Assembly: GCF_006345805.1 (NCBI RefSeq)
Contig: NC_043016.1
Location: forward strand, 10,974,001-11,038,000
Direction: 5' to 3'
Length of the DNA: 64,000 bases
DNA from: Octopus sinensis
Taxonomy: Eukaryota
The notes under the pieces were generated by a model that searched no databases, was not told where the DNA came from, and worked only from the letters and a program-made list of their open reading frames with translations. The position numbers and the translations under genes are program-made. Positions 13,090-26,301 of this stretch are shown here, piece by piece (position 1 is the stretch's first letter; every line of letters starts with the position of its first letter).

Positions 13090-13120
<31 letters not shown>

Positions 13121-13201
13121 ATAAATATATATAAATGCATATATATATGTATATATATAAATATATATAAATGCATATATATATTTATATATATATATGT
13201 A

Positions 13202-13391
13202 TTATTTAAAGCAGCAGAAAATTCAACAAAACCTGTTACTCTGAGTTTCATCAGATGAACGGCAACGGGAAACTCAGAGTAACAGGTTTTGTTGAATTTT
13301 CTGTTGCTTTTAAATAAAGCATATTACTCTACCACTGGTATTTGAGTACTCTTTTTTCCACCTTGTTTTACATTTATGTGTTTACCCCGGT
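13202..13391. mobile_element. Fold-back element embedded in (TA)n, probably Penelope-derived
   Basis: Inverted arms 13208-13249 and 13269-13310; loop contains AGATGAACGGCAACGGGAAAC (degenerate hammerhead-like); TA tracts on both sides. Confidence 0.6.
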
Positions 13392-13899
13392 ATATATATA
13401 TGTATATAAATATATATAAATGCATATATGTATATATATAAATATATGCATACACACACACATCATCATCATCATTTAATGTCTGTTGTCTATGCAGACA
13501 TGAATTGAACGGTTTGACTGGGCTAACATGCTAGAAGGCTGATTTGGCATGATTTTCTATGGCTGGATGCCCTTCCTAATGCCAACCACTCTGAGAATGT
13601 AATGGCTACTTTTGTGTGACACCAGTATCTGCCATGACTGCAATTTTGCTCAGCTTGATGGGTCTTCTCAAGCACAACATAATGCCAAAAGTTTTGGTCA
13701 TTACCTTCATGAACCCCAACGCTCAAAAATAACTCAGCCACTCTGCCTCCATGAGGCCCAATGCTCGAAAGGAATTCAGCCACTATACCTTCATGGGGCT
13801 CAACACTAAAAAGGAACTCGGCCACTTTGCCTCCATGGGGCCCAGGCCCAAGACATGAATGGAACTCAGTTACTATGTCTCCATGAGGCCCAACATTCA

Positions 13900-16800
13900 A
13901 GGTTAATTTTGTTATGTGCCACTAGAATGGGTTCACTCGGTTTGATGGATCTTCTTAAACAGAGTTCATCACCAAAAGTCTTATTCACTAGTCATTGCCT
14001 CTGTGTGGTTCAAAGTTTCAAGATCATGCTTCACCACCTCGTTCCATGTCTTCCTGTGGTTCCCTCCAGTTAAAGATTGGCACCTCTTTACACAATTGTC
14101 CTCGTCCATACACACCACATGACCATACCAGTGCGGTCGCCTCTCTTGCACACGACACCTGATTCCTCCTATGCCTAACTTTTCTCTCAAGATACTTACA
14201 CTCTGTCAAACATGCACACTGATATTGCACATCCAGTGAAGTATAATGGATTCATTTTTTTAAGCTTACACATGTTCTCAGCTGTCACAGCCCATGTTTC
14301 ACTGCCTTGCAGCATAGCCTCTTCACACACAGGCATCAAACAATCTGCCTTTCACTCTGAGAGAGAGGCCCTTTGTTGCCAGCAGGGAACTCTCTGAATT
14401 TTACCCAATCTAATTTTATTCTCACAGCTACACTCTCAAAACAACCACCTCCGCTACTAACCTGGTTACCTAGACATTGGAAGCTATCAATTACCTCTAG
14501 CTTGCTCCCCTGAGAGTTGATGGAGTCTATTTTCCGCACATGTTCAGCATTTATTATACCTGTACACCTTCCACATACAAAAGATAGTTTCTCTGTTAAC
14601 CATCCTTTGATGTTGTTGCACCTTTTGTGTGTCCAAAGCTTACACAGGTGCATCTTATGGAGTTTCTACCTACGTCGTTTCTACAGATTGAACAGGGCCA
14701 TCTACCTGAGGGGATTTGTGATTTGTCTGCCTTCCTACTTACTATGACTTTGGTTTTTGGTAGGTTAACCCTAAGGCCCTTTGATTCTATACCTTGTTTC
14801 CATACCTGGAACTTCTTCTCTAGCTCAGGTAGTGATTCAACTATAAGAGCAAGGTTATCAGCATAGAGTAGCTCCCAGTGCAGCTTGTCTTAAATTCCTC
14901 TGTTATTTCCTGGAGGACTATGATGAATAAGAGGAAGCTGAGCACCGATCTTTGGTGAACCCTTACTTGTACCCTGAATTCTTTGCTGTACTCATTGCCC
15001 ACCCTCACCTTACTGATAGCATCCTAGTGCAAGGCTTGTACACCTCTCACCAACAACTCATCTCTCTCTAGTTTCCACATTGACCACCAGATAAGGGATT
15101 AGGCTTTCTCCAAGTTAACAAAAGTCAAGTACAGAGGTTTATCTTTGGCTAGGTATTTCTCCTGCAGTTGCCTTATCAGAAGCAGTGGTGCTTCTACCTG
15201 GCACAAAACCAAACTGCATCTCATTTAGGCTAACTCTCTCCCTAATTAGTTGGGCTATGACTCTCTCCATAACTTTCATCACCTGAATCAACAATTTGAT
15301 ACCTCTGTAATTATTTCTATCTAAAGCATCACCTTTACCTTTGTAGCAGTTGACTATGGTGCTGCTACACCAGTCATTGAGCATGACTCCTTCATGAACC
15401 ACCTGATTTACAATATGGGTGACTAGACCATAACCCACACTACTGAATATTAAATTTCTTTATCTACTAGGGAGCTGTCTATTCGGATTGCTGGTCCCTC
15501 TACTGGGTCAAAATTTGGCAGACTCTCCTCCTCCCATTCATTCTCCACATTCAGTGGCCTCTCATAATGGCTTCTCCAAACCTCTTTCTTTTCCGAATCA
15601 TTAAAAGCAAATGCACCATCATCCATGCGGACACATTTCTCTCGTATGACATCACAATTTTCTCTCACACACTGTCTTGCAATCCAAAATATTTCAGCTC
15701 GTTGGTCTCCACAGCACTGAACAAAGGCAAACTTCTTTTCTTCTCCCTTGGCTAGATTTACCTGTCTCCTATCTTCCCTTCTGGCTATCTGGTACAGTTC
15801 CCTGCTGCCACCACTCTTCCAGGCCTGTTTCTTTGCTCTAATGGCCCTGTCTGCAGTATTGTTTCACCACCATGTTACCCTAGGTCTGGAAGGGACTTTG
15901 CACCAGCCACAGATTTGGTCTGTGTTACTCAGCAAGCTATCCCACAGGAATTTCCAGTTGCCCTCTATATCACAAGTTTGTAGCTGCTTCTCCCTCTCAT
16001 CAGATTTCTCAATTAGGATTCCCTAAATCTATGACCATATGAAGATCCTTAAGCTTCCAAGTCCTTCTTTTCCAGATTTGTCTGGTTTTTGGCATCCTTC
16101 TGGCCTCGAGTCTAAAGTCATTAATTACTAGTCTATACTGGTGGGTACATTCTCCACCAGGGTGGGTTTTTGCATTTAAGAGCAACCATGCATCCCACTG
16201 TCTGGTGTGAATGAAGTCAATCTGGCTAGCAGTCACCTGCTATCAGGTGGCTGCTTGCTTTCTTGGAGTTGATGTTGCATATCAATAGGTTATTTGCATT
16301 GCAGAACTCCTGTAGCCTAGTTCCTTCTTCGTTTTGAGAACCAATTCCATGGCCCCCAGGAACACCATGAAGATACCAGGATGCTGTCCGATAGGTCCAT
16401 TAAAATCTCCAGCCACAAAGATGAGATCGTTGTCACTTGTCTTGAAAGTAGAAGAAAATCATAAAAGCGATCCTTCTGTTCGTTTGGTAGGCTTGCTTGT
16501 GGGGTGTAGGCAGATATAATTGTAGCTATACTATTCTGCAAGACTAGCCTGAGCTTAAGTACTCTGTCACATACACTGACTACCTCTATAACCTTATCCA
16601 CCATTTCTCAGCAAGAAGTATGCCCACACCACCTACTCCATTTCTGTTACCTTCTCACAAGATTTTATGTCTATGAGTCTTGCCTGTGAGAAACCTGGCA
16701 GAAGCTCCTCTCCATCTAACCTTGTGGATACAGCATACATCAACATACCTCCATTCAAGCATCTCTACAATCTTGTTAGATCTACATTTCAGTGTGCCAA

Positions 16801-16900
16801 CTCTGAAAACTTGGAAAGGGATGTGGGAGGGAAGATGGGAAGGAGAGATGTTATTCAACACCCAAAAGGGAGCTTTCCATGATCGTTTGACACCAGACAT
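13900..16900 (-). mobile_element. Near full-length decayed RTE-clade LINE ORF (APE endonuclease + RT + Cys-rich PHD-like segment)
   Basis: EN-like VGTL...DVCCI.KVRW and ISAYTPQ; RT-like KGKGDALDRNNYRGIKL and QFGFVPGRST; CKLWTHKRC...FVCGRC; C-terminal WYGHV; many stops and frameshifts. Confidence 0.88.
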
Positions 16901-17159
16901 GTCATAACAGTTGCTCTCACTCTTAACCTATCATTATTCAAACAAGTTAAAATTGTTGCCTCTATTGGGGAGTGAGAGTAAGGTAAGCATTATAAATATA
17001 AGCATTACTGCAGCTGAAAATATAGATATACCAATGTTAAATTAAGTAATTAAATGGGCTGCTATTTGGTTTTTTTCCCTTTCATATATATATATATATA
17101 TATACACACACACCACATATATACATATATATACACACACATATATACATATATATATG

Positions 17160-17547
17160 GATGGAAGCACTCCGTCGGTTACGACGATGAGGGTTCCGGT
17201 TGATCCGAATCAACGGAACAGCCTGCTCGTGAAATTAATGTGTAAGTGGCTGAGCACTCCACAGACACGTGCACCCTTAACGTAGTTCTCGGGGATATTC
17301 AGCATGACACAGAGAGTGACAAGGCCGGCCCCTTGAAATACAGGTACAACAGAAACAGGAAGTAAGAGTGAGAGAAAGTTGTGGTGAAAGAGTACAGCAG
17401 GGATCACCACCATCCCCTGCCGGAGCCTCATGGAGCTTTTAGGTGTTTTCGCTCAATAAACACTCACAACGCCCAGTCTGGGAATCGAAACCGCGATCCT
17501 ATGACCGTGAATCCGCTGCCCTAACCACTGGGCCATTGCGCCTCCTA
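17160..17547 (-). mobile_element. tRNA-derived SINE (family D)
   Basis: Minus-strand head GGAGGCGCAATGGCCCAGTGGTTAGGG...GGTTTCGATTCC with A/B boxes; related partial copy at 24835-25097. Confidence 0.8.
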
Positions 17548-18407
17548 CATATATATACACATAAGTACACACATGCATACGTATAAATATATATATACAT
17601 AGAGAGAGGGAGGGATGGAGGTATGTAGATCTGGGGTAGGAAGGAGGCAGAGTCTTGTGGGAGTTTACAGTATGAGGGAAGAGATTTCAGAGTAAAGAGA
17701 GGAGATTACCGGTATACAGGAGAAGGGGTTTCTGGTATTGGTGGTGCAGGTAGGAAAGTGTGCGTGCATCGCAAGAAAAAGAAATGGGATTACAGGGTAG
17801 CTTCGCATTAAACTTACAAAGTGAATTTCACTCAGGTTTGTTTAGCAAGTTAGCATTACAAGTTAAATGAATGAATGATTAAAAAGTGAGAGGATTTCTT
17901 AGCTTATCGGCTGGACATTACGCAGTTGGACACACACATACACACACATACATACATACATATATACACATATCCCCTGGCACCTGTGCAGGTGGCACGT
18001 AAAAAGCACCCACTACACTCACTGAGTGGTTGGCGTTAGGAAGGGCATCCAGCTGTAGAACACTACTAGATCAGACTGGAGCCTGATGCAGCCTCCTGGC
18101 TTCCCAGACCCTGGTCGAACTGTCCAACCCATGCTAGCATGGGAAACGGACGTTAAACGATGATGAAATTTCCCTCTATGATGAAGCTGTGTTATAGTTC
18201 ATAGAATTTATGGTGGCTCCATCTAGTAGGCACAAGTCTTTATCCCTGCAGGAACAGCTGGTTCTGTGTTACTGTTTTGCATTGTGTGTAATTACGTGTT
18301 TTAAAATTTGGGGTTGAACTAAAACTAATTTTTAGGTTATGTCTATTAAAGAGTTTCCAATATGTATGATGTATTGGAAAATGTCTATCTATAAGTGACA
18401 AGAAATA

Positions 18408-18968
18408 TTGGGTTGTCCGGAAAGTTCATGCCGATTTTTAAAAGCAAGAAAAAGGTCAATAAATACTTGCCATTACATTTTTAATCAACCAAATATGAAC
18501 CATTTTGTTGCACAATGCATCTCTATCTTTCCTTTAACTTGAAAATACCCTCATCCCAGAGGTGGTTTCATGGCAAAGAATTCATCAAGGTATCTTTTTA
18601 CATCATCCAAGGAAGTGAAATTTTTACTATTAAGACTATTCTGCAGAGACCTGAATAAGTGGAAATCCGAAGGAGTAATATCTGTTGAATATGGAGGGTG
18701 GGGTAACACATCCCAGCCGGGCTGCAGCAATTTTTGTCTGGTTCCCAAAGCATCAAATGCCGAAAATGAACTTTCTTATCTTCCATTTTAAAGGGTTACA
18801 GAATTAACACAGATTATAGGAACATAAACCTTCTTCCATGAAAAAATAGCTGAAACTGTGCTCTAAATGGAGGTGTAGTCAAATCCTATTTTATGGACTC
18901 AACCATGTTCTAAAATAAGTCGAAAGGTAAGCTACTATAAATCGGCACAAACTTTCCGGACAACCCAA
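18408..18968 (-). mobile_element. Internally deleted mariner (MITE-like), ~560 bp
   Basis: TIRs present, TA on the left; N-terminal MEDKKVHFRHLML fused to C-terminal WDVLPHPPYSTDITPSDFHLFRSLQNSL. Confidence 0.9.
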
Positions 18969-20281
18969 CATTTATCTATATTAAAGGTCACTTCGGAGGA
19001 GTAAGTGGGTGTGAACCAGATAATTTTCCTGTGTCTATGTTTTCTTTTCTTTATTTCTGGACTAAGAGTAGGTGTGTAACCTATTTCCTCTTTAAATCCA
19101 CTAGCTTTAAGGGCATTGTTATATTGTGGGGAAGCATTATTAAATATTGGAGGAAGGTCTAGAAATTCTCCTACTAATCTATATATATAAAACTGTAGTT
19201 GTGTGAGTGTCTGTCCCCTTCGATTTAGATTCCTAACTACTCCCACATTTTGCGGTGCAGTTTAACCAAATTCGGGTATCTTATAGTTGTGATTCATATC
19301 GAGCCCGTCTGAGTATTAGCGCGCGTCTACGATGAGTCTACGATTTTAAAAATAATTTAACATCATTTTTTATTCCATTTTAATGCATAATTTTTCGTGT
19401 GTCCATGGTCACACCTGCACCTGTTTGCTTCTCCCCCTTCTTCCCTCCCTCATGAAGCTGTGGGGAAGGAAGTGTAAGGAAATCAACGTCGTAAAGCGTT
19501 GTCAAGGAAACCAGCGTTCTTTTAGAACAACGACTTCATGGTTTGAAGACACCAAAACAGAAATGGCTAAGAAAGCCGGAATTGGCATCTATAAGGGAAG
19601 TAACTCTCTAAAAATGCTTATATAGTTATTTCCCTTACAAACCCGAGCAACGCCGGGCGATACTGCTAGTATTAACTAAATTCTTAAACACTATGAGGGT
19701 GGGAGTGGCAGGAACCTACATTAATATAACTAAGTCTATCGTTGGACTTTCTATAGGATTAGTAAATATTCTTTTGTCAATCTAGAGATACGTCGGGGAA
19801 ATTGACAACCGTCAAGTTGGTATCTATTGTTATGCTAAGATCGAATGTTTTCATCAGATGGATAATATCCTTCCTTTACCAATCTTGCATTGGTCCATTG
19901 ATAATCATAGTTAAAGCTAGAGCATCAACCCTATAAATAGCGAAATATACACCAAGAAAAGCTTTCCCTAATGTGTCAAGCAGGAATAGTCCAATGAGAT
20001 CGCATATGCCTGCTCCGTCATATGACCCCATGCTCACATTGAAAGAACCTTTTGAGTCTGCTGTCTTGACCCACTCTGTGTTCTCGCTGAAGAGTAAGGT
20101 CTTCCTAGCAGGGAAGATTATATCCTCATCTTGTTCACTAATTTCAGTAAAATCACTTGCGAAAGTGAGGGCTTTATCTAGCAGTTTTCTAGAAATAGAT
20201 GCATAGAAATCGACAATGTCAAATTGTGTAAATCTCGCTTTATTCTTATTTCTAATTGTTTTAAACCAGTCAACAACTTCT
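18969..20281 (-). mobile_element. Penelope-like element RT/thumb fragment
   Basis: QFDIVDFYASI, MGSYDGAGICDLIG and IYRVDAL (degenerate YRDD), continuing after a Helitron insertion into YNNALKASG...RKIIWFTPTYS. Confidence 0.85.
19178..19669 (+). mobile_element. Non-autonomous Helitron inserted in the Penelope fragment
   Basis: 5' TCTATATATATAAA, subterminal hairpin CCCGAGCAACGCCGGG, 3' CTAG; inserted between A and T with no TSD; removing it rejoins PLE-like LVNISRRIS. Confidence 0.85.
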
Positions 20282-21499
20282 ATATATGTATGTATATGTG
20301 TGTGTTTGTTTGTTTGTGTCTCTCCTGACATTGAATGATAGTTGTAAAATGATTGCCACTGCCATGCAAAAAGTGCCATTTATTTCCAATATTCTGTGGA
20401 AACATGTCCAGTTATAGGGGAATATTAGGGAGAGTTTACGAAAAAAATAAAAGACGAAGACAGGTGGTGAACAAAACAAACAGATGTATTAGTATAATGC
20501 TCAGAAATAGAAAAAGTCTTTTATGTTTCGAGCCTAAGCTCTTCTACAGAAAGGGACGCAGAAAAAACGAGAGAAAAAAATGTGTATAGAAACAAGTTGA
20601 AGGTTGGCGCCACGAAGGGCATCTGACCTAAAAATCTGCTACAACCTCCATCTGATGCATACAAGTATGGAAAAGTGGACATTAAAATAATGATGATAAT
20701 GATGACGCTGACATTGTCCCTAGCAGCATTACATGAACCCTTTAGCATTCACAGATTATTCTGTCAAATGCAATGCTTATCTATTCACATTCATCATCGT
20801 CATCGTTTAACATCCGTTTTCCATGCTAGCATGTGTTGGACAGTTTGACTGGGGTCTGGGAACCCAGAAGGCTGCATCAGGCACCAGTCTGATCTGGTAG
20901 TTTCTCTACAGCTGGATGCCCTTCCTAACGCTGACCACTCCAAGAGTGTAGTGGGTGCTCTTTATGTGCCAGGCGAGGCTGGCAACAGCCATGATCGGTT
21001 GGTGCTTTTTACGTGCCACCGACACGGAGGCCAGTCGAGGCAGCGCTGGGAACAGCCACGTTTGGATGGATCTTTTTACGTGCCACTGGCACTGGTATCA
21101 TAACTGCTATTTCCATTGATTTTTTATCAATTTCGATGAATTAATTGTGCATTATCTTGTGCATTATCTTGTGCATTATCTTGTAGAGATTTTAATGATC
21201 TGACTGTTTATTCTTAGTTTAACATTGCAAGGTAGGTGTAAGAGGCCAGATCTCGACAGTCTGAACATAAAACAGGTAGAATATTTGAGCCAGATATGGC
21301 CAGTTTAAATGCCAAAGGGCTAAATTGTGATCCCCTACATTAAGAAAGTGCTAACCCTCTCTTAACTATGTTTTTCATACAGCAAGAATCCTTAAGTATT
21401 TCATCCCCACCATATCATTCTTAATTTATTCATTCACTAAAACCATGTTTATGAAAGTAATGCAGGAGTGTGCACATGACTTTTATTAACCGACAGGAC

Positions 21500-21830
21500 A
21501 GAGACCTCCTTCAGTCATAAATGACCATGGGATTGCACCCAGAGAGTTCCCCTCCAAGGCAAAAATCTGGGCAAGGTTGTTTATGGAAGACCAGCAGTCA
21601 CCCATGCATACCAGCCCCCTCATCTCCATGCCACTGATGTTATCCAAGGGAAAAGCAAAGGCCGATACAGTTTGGTATCAGTGACATTGCACTCATTTCT
21701 ACAGCTGAGTGAACTGGAGCAACATGAAATAAAGTGACTTGCTCAAGAACATAGCATACAGCCCAGTCTGGGAATCGAACTCACTACCTCATGATTGTGA
21801 GCCCAACTCTCTGACCATTGTGCCATGTTG
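21500..21830 (-). mobile_element. tRNA-derived SINE (family E)
   Basis: Shared CATTTCTACAGCTGAGTGAACTGGAGCAAC segment; copies at 23290-23585, 34060-34390 and, in the opposite orientation, 39700-39975. Confidence 0.75.
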
Positions 21831-21861
21831 GTAGAGTTAACTCTTCCTCATCATCATTTAA

Positions 21862-22072
21862 CCCTTTAGTATTTAAACTACTCTTATCTGGCTGACATAT
21901 TTTCCCTGTTTATGCTCAAACTAGCCAGATCTGGCCTCTTACACCTACCCTACAATATCATTTCTAAAGTAAAGAGTCACATCATTGAAATCATAAAGCT
22001 ACAAGACCATGCATGAGTAATTCAAAATAATGTAAATATTACATTTGACTGAGTAACCTGAATGTTAAAGGG
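21862..22072. mobile_element. piggyBac-like MITE (TTAA-CCCTTTAG...TAAAGGG-TTAA)
   Basis: TTAA flanks and inverted ends; related copies at ~20736-21322, 32820-33790 and 42370-42740. Confidence 0.7.
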
Positions 22073-22204
22073 TTAACGTCTGTTTTTCATGTTGGCATGG
22101 GTTGGACAACTTGACAGGAACTAGCAGAGGGCCAGGAACCACACTAGGCTCCATTCTCTGTTTTGGCATGGTTTCTACAGCTGGATGCCCCAGGCAGGTA
22201 ATAA

Positions 22205-23025
22205 GTTTCAAACAGAAGCCAAGTGCCATTATTGAGTTCTTGGTGAATGAGGGCTGCAGACTGTCCTACGTTCCACATCCGCAGTAAACTGCAGGTTATT
22301 GTTGTTGAAGAGATAACACCTTTGGCAAAAGCAATGTGCACAAATGGATAAAAAAGATTGAAAGCTTTGAAGATAAATCATGCAGTGGAAGACCATCAAC
22401 TGTGTCCACTGACATTCACTGATGAGTGGATGAATTTGATCATGCGGACAGGCAAGTCACAGTCTGTGAGCTTGATTCACAACTAGAGTATGGTTACAAT
22501 GCATTACAAAAGATGGTGAAAGAATTTGGATATTAGAAATTATGTGCAAAATGAGTTCTTTGGCAGCTGACATCTGTTTTGAGGAGAGAAAAATTGAAGG
22601 TTCTTCTGATCTGCTGTTTCAGTGTTTCTAATCAATGAAAACGTTTTTTTTTTTTACACCAATATGGTGTAAAGGGAATGAAACATGGGCGATTCTTTAT
22701 GATCTGCAAATGAAGATTCAGGCCATGGAATGGTGCCACACTATGTCGCCAAGAGCCAGCAATCAACACAGAAAGATGCTCTAACCACCTGTGCAGCTGA
22801 ACTGTCCCCAGACAATGATTTGACAACATAGACAGTTGAAGGACATGAATAAGTTGAGTCCTGCAGTGCACACCTGAATATTTTCAAAAAGAATTCAGGT
22901 GTTGGATTTACTGATGGCACAAATGCATCATTTGTGATGCAGATTATGTTGGATAGTGGCACTTATGAAAGATCTGTTAATAAAAGAAATTGGGTCTACT
23001 CTTGCATTACTTTCAGTACAACCTT
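22205..23025 (+). mobile_element. Highly decayed mariner transposase remnant
   Basis: N-terminal AIIEFLVNEG-like segment and C-terminal WHKCIICDADYVG (mariner RW.KC....G.Y). Confidence 0.6.
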
Positions 23026-23599
23026 TGTGCATATGCATGTATCTAGATAGATGGATGGATGGATGGATGGATAGGTAAGTATGTAATGTAGACAGGCAGA
23101 TAGATAAATAGATAGGTAGGTAGGTAGGTAGGTAGGTAGGCAGGCAGATAAATAGATCAATAGATAGATAGGTAGGTAGGTAAGTATGTAGGCAGGTAGA
23201 TAGATACATGAGTGTATGGTTAAGAAATTTGCTTCCCAACAACATAGTTATCGGTTCAGTCCTATTGCATGGCATCTTGGACATAATATAAAGTTCTCCA
23301 CTGAGGCACAAGTCCAGGCAAGGTTGTTTATGGAAGACAAGCAGTCACTCATGCATACCAGCCCTCTCTTCTCCACACCACTGATGTTATCCTAGGGAAA
23401 GGCAAAGGGGCCAATACAGCTTGGCACCAGTGATGTTGCAACTCATTTCTACAGCTGAGTGAACTGGAGCAACGTGAAATAAAGTGTCTTGCTCAAGAGC
23501 ACAACACACAGCCTGGTCTAGGAAGCGAACTCACTACCTCATGATTGTGAGGTCAATGCTCTAACCACTGAGCTATGCACTTTCACTATATGTATATAT

Positions 23600-24400
23600 A
23601 TGCAAGCGGGCACTCAATAGAAACCAGAGTTTTGCAATGTTATTTTATTCACTTAGTTTTACACATTTACACTTTTATCGTCTTCAAAGTATCATCCATT
23701 TGAAGCAATACTTCGATCCAGATGCGTTTTCCACTGTTTGAAGCAGTCCCGGAACTCTTGCAAAGTGATTCCTTTTAACACCTCCATCATTTTTTTTTAT
23801 CTTCACCTCTTCCATGCCTACAAATTCCATTGCACCAGCTTTTGTCACCAGTGATTACCTTTGAAAAAAAGGTTCAGATCAACTTCCAATTGTTTTTCCG
23901 TTCACAACATACATTCAGTTGTGACTGCTTTTGATCTTCTGTGAGCAAATGAGGCACAAATTTTGCTGCAACTTTTTCATTTGCAATTCCTCACTCAAAA
24001 TTCGTTGGCTGGTGCTCCAGGACACAAAAGTCATATCAATGAATTTGTCAATTGTTTGGTGATGGTCCTCCAAGATCAGTTTGTGAATTTTCATGAAGTT
24101 TTCATTTGTTCGAGAGGTTGATGGTGGCCCTGAACGAGGTTGGTTCTGAAGCAACAAGTGACCATTCCTAAAGAATGGAAAGCACTCGTAAACTTGTGTT
24201 TTGCTTATGGCAGAGTCCTTGTAAGTGGTTTGAAGCATGACAACTGTTTTGGCCACTGTTTTCCCCAGCAGAAAACAGAATTTCATGGAAGCATGCTGTT
24301 CCTTCATTTCAGCCATCGCAAAAATTGATGAACAGGGGAGAAGCACTGCAAAACAAAGATCCACCAAGTGGCAGTATGACTCAGCCTGATGTCACTGGTT
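23600..24400 (-). mobile_element. Decayed mariner element with an N-terminal HTH ORF
   Basis: MAEMKEQHASMKFCFLLGKTVAKT...SKTQVYECF...PRSGPPSTS (ORF 23915-24367). Confidence 0.8.
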
Positions 24401-25094
24401 GGCGAACTGATGCCTGATGATCACATTAAGTGGATTCTAGTGGTGGAAGCCTGAACTATGATGGTCTTGTCCCACAGAGAACATTTTCGGTTACTCTTGG
24501 GTACTTGCTCAACATCAGCAATATCAAAATCAAATCAAATGGAAATTGTAGTTGTGAGCCCCAAGCCTGTAGCTCGTAAAAAGCACCATCCGAACGTGGC
24601 TGATGCCAGCTCCTCTGGCCCCAATGCTGGTGGCACGTAAAAAGCACCAACTACACTCTCAGAGTGGTTGGCGTTAGGAAGGGCATCCAGCTGTAGAAAC
24701 ACTGCCAGATCAGATTGGGGCCTGGTGCAACCTCCTGGCTTCCTAGACCCCAGTCAAACCATCCAACCCATGTCAGCATGAAAAACGGACATTAAACGAT
24801 GATGATGATATTATATATATATATATATATATCACGTGATCACGTGACCGACCAGTCCATCAGATGTAGTTACACATCGCTGGTCACAATGCGTTCGCAT
24901 TGTTTTAGCCTTTGAATGATGCTGGCTAAGCGAGCAGGCCAACAGAAGAAAGAGCGGGAGAAAGAGTGGTGAAAGAGTACAGCAGGGATCACCACCCCCT
25001 GCCGGAGCCTTGTGGAGCTTTTAAGTGTTTTTGCTCAATAAACACTCACAACGCCCGCGAGTCCGCTGCCCTAACCACTAGGCCATTGCGCCTC

Positions 25095-25131
<37 letters not shown>

Positions 25132-26178
25132 ACACTCACACACGCTAATGTTGAACAGTGAGAATGGGTGCTGTATACCACATTGATGAATAAATATTCT
25201 TTATTTGTGAGTTAACAAGGCTTCCCATAGTTTCATGTACCGAGTAATCTTCTATTGATTATCAAGTCTCCCATGATCTGTATATTTATTTATTCTCAAA
25301 TCCCGTGCTGTCATGTGTAACTTTGTGTATTCTCATCCAAATGGAGATGAGTACCAATTTTCTCATGTTGCGATTCCTCTTTATGTGAAACTATTAATAG
25401 CTTTGTTAATCCCAAATAAAGTATATTCATACATTAATGTTTTTACTGCTAATCCTAAGAAGTTGGTTATGATTGAACAGATAGATCTATAATCAAAAGT
25501 ATTGATTCTTTTTAACCTATCAAAAGTACTGTTGAATTCACGTATCCGGTGTACAGTAAAGTTGGTGCAGTTCACAACTATAGACAGACAGAGCACTGTT
25601 ATGTTATAACAGTGCTCCCTCTGCCTGTAATACAATATAAGGTGGAAAGCTGGTAGAATCCTAACCATGCTGAGTAAAATGCTTAGTGGAATTTTGTCCA
25701 TCTTTATGTTCTGAGTTCAAATTATGCCCAGGACAACTTTGCCTTTCATTTTTTGGGGGGGTTGGGGGAATCGATAAAATAAGTACCAGTTGAGCACTGG
25801 GGGTTGATGCAATCAACTAAGCCCCTCCCCTGAAATTGCTGGCCTTGTGCCAAATTCTGAAACTAATATATGAAGAAAATTGTTTTGTGTCAAATTCTAT
25901 GGTTCTCTATTAAGAAACATGATTCCACTCCAGTACAATTTCTTGTTACCAGAAGTTATTTCTCATTTTTATTTTTTATTTTCTTTAAGTTGTTTTAGAT
26001 GTTATTACCAAGGCCATGCTGCAGCACCACATTCCTATATGTTTCCATTTAAGTTTTCTTTTTCTTTTGTTTTGCATCCATGTGGAGGATTCCCATTTGA
26101 TCCTCTATGTTTATAATATACATTCATTTACATACATAACAAACATTTTGCTCTTTTATTGTTTTGTCTTCTGAACAG

Positions 26179-26301
26179 ATAATACTGTGGGGCCGCCACG
26201 TACAGTCACTCTCCCAGACCAGTACAGAAGTGTGTGCACTGGGAACCCCTTGTGTTTACATGCAATGTGATGTCAGCATCAAAGAAGATATCGACAAACA
26301 G
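26179..26301 (+). CDS. DHRS3: SDR16C dehydrogenase/reductase (DHRS3-like), internal exon A
   Basis: ttttgtcttctgaacAG|ATAATACTGTGG...AAACAG|GTattc; 123 nt, phase 0; IILWGRHVQSLSQTSTEVCALGTPCVYMQCDVSIKEDIDKQ resembles DHRS3 IVLWGR...CHYFICDV. Symbol tentative (orthology untested). Confidence 0.88.

Noticed and set aside
25150-25640. ORF 25381-25701 as a gene or RT fragment
   Set aside because: It starts inside a SINE and has no convincing motif; it could not be classified by eye.
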